From Azolla caroliniana (lineage: Eukaryota; Plantae; Polypodiophyta), in NCBI GenBank assembly GCA_043228905.1, contig JBHGNT010000081.1, forward strand, positions 36,865-100,864: 64,000 nt of DNA, in the 5' to 3' direction. The translations under genes were made by a program, and so were the position numbers. Of the stretch, positions 1 through 11,815 are shown piece after piece. The notes under the pieces are model-generated. The model worked only from the letters and a program-made list of their open reading frames with translations, did no database searches and was not told the origin of the DNA. Position 1 is the stretch's first letter. Each line of letters begins with the position of its first letter.

Positions 1-22
1 GATCCTGATCTACTGTGACAAC

Positions 23-631
23 ATGAGCAACATTCAACTCGCCAAGAACCATGTATTCCATGCTCGGACAAAGTACATAGAAGTGCATTATCACTTTGTT
101 CGCGAGCGGGTCCAGAGCGGTGAAGTTGAACTTCAGTATGTTCACACGGATCGGCAGGTTGCCGACATCTTCACCAAGCCGCTAGGATCGGACAAGTTGC
201 AACATTTTTTGGAGATGCTTGGTATTCAACTTCTCGATGTGCCGCACTTGAGGGGGAGAAAAGGAAAGGGAACGGATGGCACCGAACAAGGAGCCGGAGA
301 GGAAGAAAGAACCAACAAAGGGGGAGACAAAGGGAAAAAGGAAGCTGAGTCGGCGAAGGAAGTTGGCACATCCAAACAAGTCGGAACGAGCGGCAACGGC
401 GACAGAGTCAAGAAGGATAGAGCCGACCGGAAGGAGAAGGCCAAGACTCGGACATGGTCTGATATGGTGAAGGGCCTGAAACCGGAAGACGAGTTGGAGA
501 ACACCAATTCGAACAAGAGCTGGAATGAATCGAAGGAAACCGATTCGGTTCAAGATTCGGAGAAGTCGGATCAACTAAAGGCCAAACGAACAGAGACGAA
601 GCGGAAGTTGACGCCAACTGGAAGGAACTGA
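23..631 (+). CDS. Copia pol C-terminus (RNase H) with an in-frame K/E-rich extension; 5'-partial
   Basis: ORF 23..631 carries the HARTKYIEVHYHFVRE and ADIFTK motifs, then ~120 low-complexity charged residues. Confidence 0.85.
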   Translation: MSNIQLAKNHVFHARTKYIEVHYHFVRERVQSGEVELQYVHTDRQVADIFTKPLGSDKLQHFLEMLGIQLLDVPHLRGRKGKGTDGTEQGAGEEERTNKGGDKGKKEAESAKEVGTSKQVGTSGNGDRVKKDRADRKEKAKTRTWSDMVKGLKPEDELENTNSNKSWNESKETDSVQDSEKSDQLKAKRTETKRKLTPTGRN

Positions 632-864
632 TGGGTTGACAAGCGTTGGAGTCGCAGCACCGAGGGAGCTTAAATGGGCATGTTGAGCAGACAAGCCAAC
701 CGAGGAGGTCGAGGTGCACAGAACCAAAAGGGTCGTGGCAAACAAGACCGAACCGGACGAGGAGCGCAAGCAAGGAGGAGCAACGCCAGAAGGAGCCGGT
801 AGAAGAACCGGTTGCCGTGGACACTAACACCACGATCCAACCTCAAGTTGAGCTTGAGGGGGAG

Positions 865-1254
865 TGTTGAGCGAGCAAGCTCAACCGGATCCGGATCGGG
901 GAGACGGATCGGAGAGCCGGATTTGAGCGGGAACTGGAAGCCTAATAGTAGCCTAGACTACTAGGTAATCATTGTCTCGTAGTTAGTGTCAGTCGCACGT
1001 AGGAATATTGAAGTACCTGTTAGTACTTATGTCAGTCCTTTATGGACTTGTATAAATAGTGTTGTTTAGCACGTTGTATGTACAAAGTTACAGAGTATTT
1101 TCATTTTTTGAATCTACACTTACGTTCTGCTCTCTCTGTCTCTCCCACTTATACTCTTTGTATACTAAGCTTCTGCATTAAACCTTCATCTTATTCTCTG
1201 TTGCTATCCGGCTGAGCCAGTTCTGTCTAATGCTTCCGCACGTTTACATTCACA
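865..1254 (+). repeat. 3' LTR of the Copia element
   Basis: Starts TG right after the PPT; TATA box; T/C-rich U5; ends CA (end position uncertain). Confidence 0.7.
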
Positions 1255-1559
1255 AAAATACAAATAATAAGTACTTTTTCTACCGTAAAATTTCAACAAC
1301 ATAATTTTGGTAGATTTGTGACCACGTGACTAATATATAGAGATTGCAAATTAGACACTCTAGCCCTATACTAAGTTCTCTTTGATTATGGAAAACAATA
1401 GTTTGATACAATGCTAGAGGCACTAGAAACAAATTAGATGTGAATCAAATTTCTAATGGAATGAAGTTGGTGTAATAGCAGGTGTATAAATAAAGCTCTT
1501 AAAGGTATACATCATAAGTAGAGGAATTTTAGCTTTCTTCATTATTACATGAGACGAAC

Positions 1560-3300
1560 ATAAGGAAGATGTGAAATGCTCTTCATAAATTCTTTATGAC
1601 TTTCTAAGGACGGATTCTATGTCGCCATCAATAGAATGATCACAAAGGTGTACCATTTGAATGTGTGTAATAGAAACTAGAACCATTGTCTTGAAGCATG
1701 CTTTCACTATGGCGCCAATTCTTGCCCATCCAAAATCTTTTCCATCAATATGCTATATTCAAAGTAGATGTTTTGATTTTGCTTTGGGAAATATGTTATC
1801 ATTTGATAGGGTTGACCATAAATGATATCCATTCACCTATCAATTTTAGAAGCTTCGGGTTGCAAAAATTAATTATTGAATTCATGGAAGGAACTTTTGG
1901 GTACACTTAATCCTTTAGAGAACTGGTATATGTTATGCAAGGAACTCCTCATAAAGTCAAGATTTATAGTGATAATTGAAAACTGGAGTTCTTGGCATAT
2001 GTTAAGATTTCCTAGCCAGAGGTAAGATTAAGGGCATACTTCAACGGTTTCTCATGTTGATTTGATGTCCACACGTTTTCCTTGTTCTTCTATAGGTAAA
2101 ATCAAATGCTTTGTCATGTGGAACTCACATATTGAGCTCGCATCAAGTGATCCAACATTTGAGTAGTAACCATAGGATGTGGATGTGGTTCTATACGCCT
2201 ATTAGTTCAACCTTTGGGAGCCATCATGTTTGAGGCACATCATGATGCTTCTTTGTTTGCGTATATTCAAGCATCTCTCCCTTCATATCCATTATTACAT
2301 AATGAGGTTTTAGCCTTGATTTAACTTCATCTTAAAAATGAATAGGATCAAACCACTATTTCATTATTGGAGTTTATATGTTTCAAACGATACTTCCAAG
2401 CTTCGATGTTTTGTCGGGCATATCATGTTTCTCTTGGAAACAAAAAATTGTAGTCTTAGATCCTCCCGATGTATATTGATGAAATTTGTGGTCAATATTC
2501 TTGGACTTGTTGGGTGAAAATAATGGTGGCCTAATTTCATTGATGTATTAGCTCTTTATTCAATCATATAATATATGTTGACAAGCAAAGGATCCTATGC
2601 ACTTGTTCCATGGGATTTTGCAACCATCACCTATCCCAAACCAAAAAACATTTCTATGGATTTTGTTTTAGAGTTGACACTTTGTTGGGAGGGCAATGTC
2701 ATTCTAGTCATCATTACATGATTTTCAAAGATAACCCATAGCATTAACTACAACACCATTACTAACGAAGGATGCACCATACCTTCTATGTGAAATAATT
2801 AGATTCATGGTTCCCTAAAGACCATCATTAGTGATTGTCGATTGTTTGATCGCTTTTGACTTTTGACATCATCCATAAAATAATGGACAAATAGAATATG
2901 TTAATACATGATTGAAGTAGTATGTGAGATATTTATTGGTCAACACTTGATGAATGGGTTTATTATCTCACTTTAGGTAAGTTCTCAGATAACATGTCAA
3001 TGTATGCATGTATTGGTTAATAATAGGCACCATTGTTTCTCAATTCTAGGAACTTGTTGGCCCTCGAATGTTTATGGCTATGATTATTGTCAAGCTTAGT
3101 GCATTCAATCAACCAAACAAAAGATGAGAACGTAACATTGATAGGTTGATGTATAATAAGAACTCATGAGTTAGAGAAAGTCCACAATAAGTTATACATG
3201 ATGTTGCTAGGAGACACTCGTGAAGAAGAAATGACCATTACAATTTCTGATGTTAGTTGCTTATCAAGAACACTAATATGGCTATGGGGTTCAAGGGTAC
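1560..3300 (+). pseudogene. Heavily decayed Ty3/gypsy pol remnant (RNase H to integrase)
   Basis: Broken motifs resembling VDASDFALG (~1765), AY.SRKL...NY.IH.KELL (~1835-1900), LQGTPHKVKIYSD (~1935), LQP.PIP...ISMDFV (~2620) and HG..KTIISD (~2810); many stops and frameshifts. Confidence 0.55.
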
Positions 3301-3473
3301 CATGAGGATCAAGCCCCCCCCCCCCCTAGTGGTGATTGTCCAAGAGCCGCAAGGAATATAGTAAGAGTGATCGCAAGACGTAAAGTCTTCAAATAGCCCA
3401 TTGTATGCATGATGTATATGCACTACATACATACGTGTATACATGTAGGTATGTGTGTATGTGTGTGTGCGTG

Positions 3474-3583
3474 GTGTCTAACTACTACCAAATATTAAAG
3501 AGGCCAAGTGAGGGAATCGCGGAGGGGGACGGTGCAGGTCGCACCGCTGATGGCGCGTTCGATCTCCACCGTCCAAGATGGAT
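3474..3583 (+). repeat. Left TIR of the MULE
   Basis: GTGTCTAACTACTACCAAATATTAAAGAGG...CCAAGATGGAT is the reverse complement of 7417-7526. Confidence 0.9.
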
Positions 3584-4044
3584 GTGGAATAGGCGCGAAA
3601 AAGCGCGCCACGTAAAAAGGGAGCCCGGCTCATACAAAATGGAGCCCGACTCATTAAAGAAGGGCTCCACTTTGTGAAAGGGAGCCCTTCTCATTCATGT
3701 TCAGGGAAGTATAAAAACCCATTCAGGCAAAATGGAGCCCGACTCATTAAAGAATGGCTCCATTTTGTCAAAAGGGAGCCCTTCTCATTCATGTTCAAGG
3801 AAGTATAAAAACCCATTTTCTGTCATTTTTTGTCATTTTCTGTCATTCATGGGTTTGAGGGTTTAGGGTTTTTTAGCAAGGCGCACCACCTGTCTGCGAG
3901 CACTCGTTGCAAACATCTTCGGTGAGGCACTGCGAGCACCTGCAGTCCAGAGGTAGGCATCATATTCCTTCTATTAGGTTTTGGTTTTTATTAGGTATCA
4001 TATTCTTTCTATTAGGTTTAGGGTTGCTTCTAATAGGTACCATA

Positions 4045-4885
4045 AATGTGTGTATGATTAAATACATGTATGTGTGTATGATTCAATACATTTGTGTGTG
4101 TATGTGTATGATTAAATACATGTATGTGTGTGTATGATTGAATACATTTCTGTGTGTGTATGATTGAATACATTTGTGTGTGTGATGGGTTTAGGGTTAC
4201 ATGTATGTGTGTATTTAAGATCTTCTTTGGGCTGTGAATGTGTGTGTTTGTTGTATGATTGAATACATTTATTTGGGAATGTGCGTGTATACATGTGTAT
4301 GATTGAATACATTTCTGTGTGTGTATGATTGAATACATTTGTGTGTGTGATGGTTGAATACATGTATGTGTGTATTTAAGATCTTCTTTGGGCTGTGAAT
4401 GTGTGTGTTTGTTGTATGATTGAATACATTTATTTGGGAATGTGCGTGTATACATGTGTATGATTGAATACATTTCTGTGTGTGTATGATTGAATACATT
4501 TGTGTGTGTGATGGTTGAATACATGTATGTGTGTATTTAAGATCTTCTTTGGGCTGTGAATGTGTGTGTTTGTTGTATGATTGAATACATTTATTTGGGA
4601 ATGTGTGTGTATACATGTGTATGATTGAATACATTTCTGTGTGTGTATGATTGAATACATTTGTGTGTGTGATGGTTGAATACATGTATGTGTGTATTTA
4701 AGATCTTCTTTGGGCTGTGAATGTGTGTGTTTGTTGTATGATGAATACATTTATTTGGGAATGTGTGTGTATACATGTGTATGATTGAATACATGTATTT
4801 GTGTATTTTAGATCTTCCATGGGCTGCGAATGTGTGTGCATGTGTATGATTGAATACATGTTTGTGTGTATTTAAGATCTTCTAT
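4045..4885. repeat. TG-rich minisatellite, ~161-bp period, 4-5 copies
   Basis: Recurring GTATGATTGAATACAT and AAGATCTTCTTTGGGCTGTGAATG; repeat-derived ORFs start 161 bp apart. Confidence 0.9.
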
Positions 4886-4887
4886 AG

Positions 4888-5216
4888 GCTATACGACATA
4901 TCTCGAGTCGGACACATGACCATTGCATCATCAACAACGGGCAATTCCATGAATTGCGTATCCCAACCCAACCTAATGGGACCGATTGTGGGTATTACGT
5001 GATGCAAACTATTCGCATGTTGGTCGAGGAGTTGATTCAAGGATTTGAGTCCGATCAATTTGTAAGTATTTATGAGATTTGAATTTGAGCATTTGTTTTT
5101 GTTTTTGTTGATGGCATCTTCAATTGTAGGGTAAGGAGCAATGGTTTGGATTCGAAGACGTGGAGCTCCTTCGGAAAATCATGGCAAAATGGGCACGAAG
5201 GACTTTGGGCATATGA
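4888..5216 (+). pseudogene. Ulp1/C48 SUMO-protease C-terminal fragment (exons 4888-5061 and 5130-5216)
   Basis: IPTQPNGTDCGYYVMQTI carries the Q.NG.DCG catalytic-Cys motif; GT..AG intron 5062-5129; then GKEQWFGFEDVELLRKIMAKW...stop. Upstream His/Asp exons not found. Confidence 0.8.
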
Positions 5217-5234
5217 CTACGTGGAGTCATTTTG

Positions 5235-5570
5235 CAATGGTTGTATATGACTCAATGTAAATCATTTTGGTTGTATATGAATCTCATTTTGGTTGTAGAT
5301 GACTCAATGTAAATCATTTTGGTTGTAGATGACTCAATGTAAATCATTTTGGTTGTATATGACTCAATGTAAATCATTTTGGTTGTATATGAATCTCATC
5401 TTGGTTTAATATGAATCAATTTTTGAATCTCATTTTGGTTGTATATGAATCTCATCTTGGTTGAATATGAATCAATTTTTGAATCGCATTTTGGTTGTAT
5501 ATGAATCTCATTTTGGTTGTGTATGAATCTCATTTTGGTTGTATATGAAAATCATTTTGGTTGTATATTG
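5235..5570. repeat. Short tandem repeats (TTTTGGTTGTATATGAATCTCA-type, ~22-28 bp)
   Basis: Direct inspection. Confidence 0.85.
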
Positions 5571-5697
5571 GAATTGTTTTGGGTGTCAAAAGAATAAGAC
5601 TAATAGCTTATTGACAAGTAGTGAAGGCAATGGTTTTTGAGAAAGGCCAATAAAGAGTAAGTATATAGAAAGAGTGCTTCAGTCCTTACGTAAAGAA

Positions 5698-5905
5698 TAC
5701 ATAATAAGACATAATGTCAATCCATTTCAAAGACATAATAAGACTCAATGTCAATCCAATTCAAAGACATAATAAGACATAATAAGACTCGATGTCATTC
5801 CATTTCAAAGACATAAATAAGACTCAATGTCAATCCATTTCAAAGACATAAATAAGACTCAATGTCAATCCATTTCAAAGACATAATAAGACTCAATGTC
5901 AATCT
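5698..5905. repeat. ~34-bp tandem repeats (AAGACATAATAAGACTCAATGTCAATCCATTTCA)
   Basis: Direct inspection. Confidence 0.85.
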
Positions 5906-5934
5906 TATGACTAAGGTTAAAAATCGGGAGTGCC

Positions 5935-6885
5935 ATGACTAAGGTTGATTGGGCTTTGATCTTGCATCATGCCTATGCACTCCGAGATCTTGGGAAAGTG
6001 GCACATGTTCAACCCTACCTGCATGGTGAACCAGGATCTCCCGCCATACAACCATTTATCTTGATACTTCAAGATCAATGGATGTTGGAAATGTGTGAGC
6101 GGTTGACCCTAAACAACTCTTGGGCAATCGACTCGACATTTAAAACAAACCAATTTGGGCTACCATTATATGCCGCAGTTGCCCCCAATGCCATGGGAAT
6201 TGGGATCCCATTATGGTACATGCTTTGTAGTTCTGATAAGGGGTCAAACCATGAGCAAGTGGCATTAGAAACTTGTTTGAGAGTCATATTCGCAAGGATG
6301 CCCACGGTGAGGCCAAATGCGATAGTGATCGATAAATGTTGGACGTCATATAATGCCATAACTAATGTGGTTGCAACAGACCGTCAATCTTGGATTGTTG
6401 TAAATGGGCAACGGTCCCAAACACATTTGTGGTTTGACATGTGTGTGGAGGAAACTCTGGCCCAAGTTTGGTAGAATGTTCAACTATGGACATGTTGACA
6501 CTACCAATATTGTGGAAAGACATTGGCAGTTTATCAAGTATACTGCCTTGAGGGGAAGAATAAACCGATCAATTACCGACCTTCTACATGTCTTAATCGG
6601 GGACAGTGAAACTGGCACTTGCATAGGAGGAACGGTAATAGAATGGTACAAGCAACGACAAGAAATATGTGAGAGTGGTCGGTTTGCACCTCGTGCGAAT
6701 TGTAGGGATCAAAGGTCTCGACTTAAAGAAGCAGAGAGAATATTGGAAAGGTATGTCGAAAATAGACATCTCGCAAGAACTTATTGGCAGCAACAATAGA
6801 CATCTCGTGCAACAATAGACATCTCGCAAGAACTTATTGGCAGCTCCCCAAACACTTCCAAATCCCACTCCGGAAAATTATAAAG
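5935..6885 (+). pseudogene. MULE DDE transposase fragment (frameshifted or deleted)
   Basis: AIDSTFKTNQFGLPLY (first D), PNAIVIDK (second D) and TTNIVERHWQFIK (E), split across ORFs 5935..6474 and 6404..6799; N-terminus missing. Confidence 0.85.
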
Positions 6886-7416
6886 AGGTGCTAGTCGGGC
6901 TAGGAGGAGATTGCCATTGGTTGACCATGAGAAGGTTCGGTGTTTGCGTTGCGATGGCTTGACCTTGACTTCAAGGGACTCAAATGTTACATGTTGTAAA
7001 AATTGTGGTTGCATCTTGCAATCATCCCGACATGAGCCATAATCTTAATATGTATATTTCAATTTAGGGTTGTCAACATCTGACATTTTAATATTTTATG
7101 TAAGACTTGTTATTTGAACCTTTACGTTTTTTTGAGAAATTTTATGGTCAGTTTCATGGAAAATATTTGTTGTACACTTACAATTTTGTGGAGTTTTTGA
7201 TGTTTGTTGCTACAGAGTCGGGCTCCTTTTGACAGAGTCGGGCTCCTTCTTACTGATGTGATCTGACAGCGGGGCTCCTTCTGACAGAGTCGGGCTCCCT
7301 CTTGCATAGGTTGTCTGACAGCGGGGCTCCTTTTTTACAGAGTCGGGCTCCCTGTGGGAGAGTCGGGCTCCTTTTCGCAGAGTCGGGCTCCTTCTGACAG
7401 ACGTTGTCAGCTTTTT

Positions 7417-7526
7417 ATCCATCTTGGACGGTGGAGATCGAACGTGCCATCAGCGATGTGACCTGCACCGTCCCTCTCCGCGATTCCCTCACTTGCCCTC
7501 TTTAATATTTGGTAGCAGTTAGTCAC
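7417..7526 (-). repeat. Right TIR of the MULE
   Basis: ATCCATCTTGG...TTTAATATTTGGTAGCAGTTAGTCAC matches the left TIR inverted. Confidence 0.9.
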
Positions 7527-7704
7527 GAGCGTGTGTGTGTATGTATATATCAAATGTATGTATGTATGTATGTATATACGTACATACATACATACTGCAT
7601 ATATGTAATAATGTATGTATATATATTGCAGAAGACAGGACGATATTGGCTTTTAGTTTTAGGTCTATCTGTAGACCTGCAGGCGGAGAGGGCGAGTGGT
7701 AGCC

Positions 7705-10700
7705 ATGGCGAACGACCTCGTGCTGGACACCGCGATCCGCGACTGGGTGCTGGTTCCTCTCTCCGTCGTCATGGTCCTGATCGGCGTCCTCCGCTACTTC
7801 GTGTCCAAGCTCATACGCTCCTCGTCCACGCCCGATCTCAAGTCGCTCAAAGAAGGGTAAGGGTAAACTCCACCCCCACCTCTGGGTTCTCCTTTCATGG
7901 CTTAATTCTGTTGATCCCTCCCTTGCAGGCAGATCGTCTTGCGAGCCAGATATCTCAGGGCTGCGGGTAACTTCATTCCAGCCAAATCATTCCGATCCCG
8001 TCGCACCTACTACAATAACGAGGTATGCTCCCAATAGTAAAAGAAAGATCGACATTGATTCAGGTTAGGTCCGTTTCTCCGAGGCAATGTGTTTAAATTT
8101 TGATCCATAAAAAACCATTTTTCCAAGCCCGACAAATTGAAAATCCCTATTGTTGCTGGTTTTTGGTCTAAAAACACTATCAACAGTAATATTGTATTTT
8201 TCTTGCTTATCCTATGTTAACTCATGTGGCATATATACATGTCTAGAACAAATGTATTAGCAAGCAAGTAAGAAATTGATGGATCCAGCAGCTAAAATTA
8301 CAAACTATAATTAGAGCTCAATGTTGTAAGCTAACTTATAAAAAATGTCGTTAGTCAAAATCGTGATCAATAAAAAAACCGATTTTCCAGGCCCCACAAA
8401 TTGAAAATCCCTCTTGTTACCGATTTTTGGTCTAAAAACACTATCAACAGTAATATGGCCTTTTTCTTGCTTATCCTATGTTACCTCATGTGGGATATAT
8501 ACATTTCTAGAACAAATGTATTAGCAAGCAAGCAAGCAAGAAATTGATTGAGCCAGCAGCTGCAATTACAAACTATAATTAGAGCTCAATGTTATAAGCA
8601 ATAAATTTCTAAATTATAAAAAATGTGCGACTGCAGTATGCTGCAGACTTGTAGATGTGTCTGCAGAGGTCCACCAGGATACATGGATGTTTTTGATAAA
8701 TTTGTGTCAGTAACCTTGGTTTAGCCTTGCAAGGATAATATGACAACCCTCTCACCTGTGAAAGGTGAAATTTAGGCTTGCAAATTTACGTGAACTTACT
8801 ATTCCTCTTGGATCTATGAAAACTTAGAATACTAGAATTGGCCAATCATTGTCAGCGGATAGAAAAAAGATGAATTTAAAGGTAATGCCCACCATTGCCC
8901 ATGGATGGAAAGAAGGTAAAACTTTATGGTAATATGCAGGGTCTCAAACACAGTTCACCAAAATGTACTTGTTGTTCTCATGATGTTTTTATGTGTAATA
9001 TGCTGACTAGACACAAGGGTATCTCATGATGTTTTTATGCATAATATGCTGATCTCGTGTTTTGGCATTATCTTCTTTCCAATGCAAATAAACTGGGTCT
9101 TCATACTGAATCCACATATGATAGCCTATGTCCCATAATTCTTGGTTGTGATCTTGAACAATTAAATCCATAGCTATTCTTTCCTTTTGTCTGTTTCGTG
9201 TTGGCATAGGCTGCACAATGCCTGATGCCTTTTCTATGTCAAATTTAGCTTTTTGGCAAGTTATGAATGTCCTTGTGGATGTTTCAACATATCATCACGA
9301 AAAAATCTCAACCAATTTCATTGTAGCCTCAATTTTGTGACTCCCTGTATGCGGCGGAACATGTATTTCTACCAATACTTTAGGCCTTAACTGCTTTGCG
9401 ACACATAGTTTTTCATGCATGATATGAAACCCATCTCTGAGATTATGCTGCTCATAATGCTGCACATAAGCTAGCTGATCATATATCTTTGTGAAATCAC
9501 CATCAGCAATTTCTGCTTCATGAATAATAAGAATCCCCTTTCTGATATTACACTGCATGTTCAGGTAGATAACATATCCTTGTAATCATCAACTTCAGGA
9601 AATTGCTCATTCATTTCATTGAGCTTATGATTGTAAGCAAAAGACATTGCCAACACTAGTGTCTGCTTGAAAATGCATGAATATCATTTTTTCCTTCTAC
9701 ATGCACAATTTGAAAATAGAACATGGACAAGGAATTTGTCCTCAGCATATGCTAATCAGAAAATTATGATTGTGTAAAGAATAATGTTAGCTTTGATCTA
9801 TTTTTACAATAAAATCATCTTCCAAGTTTATTGAAAGTTCCTTTTATGGTTCTAATCTACTTCTTTGTAGACGAGCTGTAAAAGTTTTAATATGGACATA
9901 TCTTGAAGACATGTCTTATCTTCTATATCAAGCTTGATATATTTCTACCTCTGAGCATGTCAAAGATATATCCATATTATGTAAATACATCTACTAGAAA
10001 TGCTTCATACTGTTTCTTAATTTTGGAAATGAGTAAACCTGCTTTGGTTTTGTATTGTAGTAGAAGTTATCATGCAGATCACAATCATGAAAAAGTTGGG
10101 CTCATTATTAGCCTCTCTCCATGATACCCCTTTTTTTAGTTCGAAACGTCGATCTTGGCGAAGTTACATGTGATGGATTCTTGTGCACAACTAATGATTG
10201 TGATCTTGTTTCTTCAGATGTTGATTCTATATATATTATTTTTGCACTTTTGTCTCAGGAAAATGGATTATTACATGTTCCAAAGGGACAAACTCAAAAT
10301 GTACAAGCTCAAATGTTTTCAGATCCAAATATGGCCATGGATATGATGAAGAAGAATTTATCCATGATTATTCCTCAGGTTTATATATTCCGTGATTGTT
10401 ACATTCATTATTAGGCAAGAGCCTCAGACTAATCATGGCTCTTGTTCCATGCAGACCCTCACTTTTGCATGGGTAAATTTTTTCTTCTCAGGCTTTGTGG
10501 CAGGTGAATGTAGATTGCATCTCGTTAGTCGGCTTAAATTTCTATCAATAATTTATCAGCTTTTGGGACCCATGTTGAGGATTGTTTCTTTACAGCAAAG
10601 ATTCCATTCCCTCTAACTCAAAGATTTAGGCCAATGTTACAAAATGGAATTGACTTGAGCTCTGTGGATGTCAGTTATGTTAGTAGCCGTTCATGGTATA

Positions 10701-11815
10701 CATAATCATCTTCTTCTTATTGCTCCAGAACTGCACTGCTAGATAGTATTGCCTGAAAGATGATTTCTGTCAAAATTATAATAGGTATTTCTTGAATCTA
10801 TTTGGACTTCGTGGGTTCTTCAGCTTGATCCTTGGAGAAGAAAATGGTATGAACGTGAACTTGTATGTTTAAGAAAGCTGTTTTCTGGTGTATCCAGTTA
10901 ACACCATTTTGTTGCAATTTTTGGCAGCAACGGATGATACACAGAGAATGATGCAAATGGGGGGCCAGATGGGTGGATTTGGTGTAGATTCTTCCAAGGT
11001 ATTTTGAATAATTCTTTGGATGTACTTAGAAGTTAGAATCAAGGAAAAGATAGCATCAGATTTTGATTTATTGCATTTGGCGTATTTTTATAATGATCAA
11101 CAGCTGGATGCCATTGATATTTCTAGGTCTGCTTGCAAAATTATCATGATGTTCTCCACTAGTTTTGTATAGATTCACCCATAATCATGATTGTATCAGA
11201 CAAATGAGTAATGCAAGGGATGAGTATAATAATGAATTACTGAGTTCAGCCATATTTAGAGAATTCAACAAGTTTAATTAAATCATGTTATAGATTTTCA
11301 TGGAGTTTGCAATTTCATTCCAAACATTTAATAATGTCAAGAGGATGTTTTTTCAATCTTCTGCTCTCTAATGCTCTGAAAATAATTTTGAATTTCAGAC
11401 TGTGTTTTACTGTATGTATTCCATTTCTGCTGCTCATTGAGTGTTCTTATTTTTTTTTCTTCCATCCTCAATTTGACATGTGATGTCTTGTATGTATAAT
11501 TTCTGCACTTCTGAGGTTTTAATTAATTGACAAAGAGATTCAATTGATAGATTTACTATCACTGCAAAATGCTGCCATTGCGATACCAGTTAATGCGGGG
11601 TGAAATTAAATGTACTTTTGTCTTTTTAAGTATGAGATGGTTCATCTTATTCATTCATAGATATTTCCTGGCATTGTTTTCTAAATTCAGATTTTTTGTC
11701 GGTTTAGACTCTCACAGCTGAAAAGGATGGCTTGGAATTGATCCAGCATGAATGGGCATTGCCCAAATTGGAGCAAGAGGCAGAGATTCTTTTAAGGCAG
11801 CTACTTTCAAGATGA
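7705..11815 (+). CDS. EMC3: ER membrane protein complex subunit 3; exons 7705-7856, 7929-8022, 10259-10378, 10455-10503, 10596-10695, 10785-10846, 10928-10998, 11708-11815
   Basis: Spliced product [36 protein letters not shown]...[79 protein letters not shown]...[23 protein letters not shown]; all introns GT-AG and in phase. Confidence 0.96.
8101..8626. repeat. ~263-bp tandem duplication in EMC3 intron 2
   Basis: Two diverged copies starting TGATC at 8101 and 8364. Confidence 0.85.
8700..9850 (-). pseudogene. Decayed gypsy RNase H/integrase fragment in EMC3 intron 2
   Basis: Minus-strand [22 protein letters not shown] (integrase zinc finger) and QPMPT....ERIAMDLI (core start). Confidence 0.65.

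Larger units (their letters stand above)
1..1254 (+). mobile_element. 3' portion of a Ty1/Copia LTR retrotransposon (RNase H end, 3' extension, PPT, 3' LTR)
   Basis: Copia RNase H C-terminus (YCDNMSNIQLAKNHVFHARTKYIEVHYHFVRE...QVADIFTKPL); PPT TTGAGGGGGAG directly before TGTTGA at 865; TATA-like TATAAATA at ~1051. The right end is 1254 (..TTCACA) or 1298 (..TTCAACA). Confidence 0.9.
3474..7526 (+). mobile_element. Mutator-like element (MULE), internally deleted, carrying a Ulp1 protease fragment
   Basis: ~110-bp terminal inverted repeats (3474-3583 and 7417-7526, few mismatches); subterminal GGAGCCCGACTC motifs in opposite orientation at the two ends; MULE DDE transposase fragment; flanks are TG/TA microsatellite, so no TSD could be resolved. 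Confidence 0.9.

Noticed and set aside
3851-4200. TTTAGGG telomere-like motifs
   Set aside because: Only 1-3 imperfect units each; telo-box-like motifs, not an interstitial telomere.
4030-4794. H/T/I-rich minus-strand ORFs
   Set aside because: They are translations of the 161-bp TG-rich minisatellite.
5235-5905. CRISPR-like short repeat arrays
   Set aside because: No unique spacers, no cas genes and a eukaryotic context; these are simple tandem repeats.
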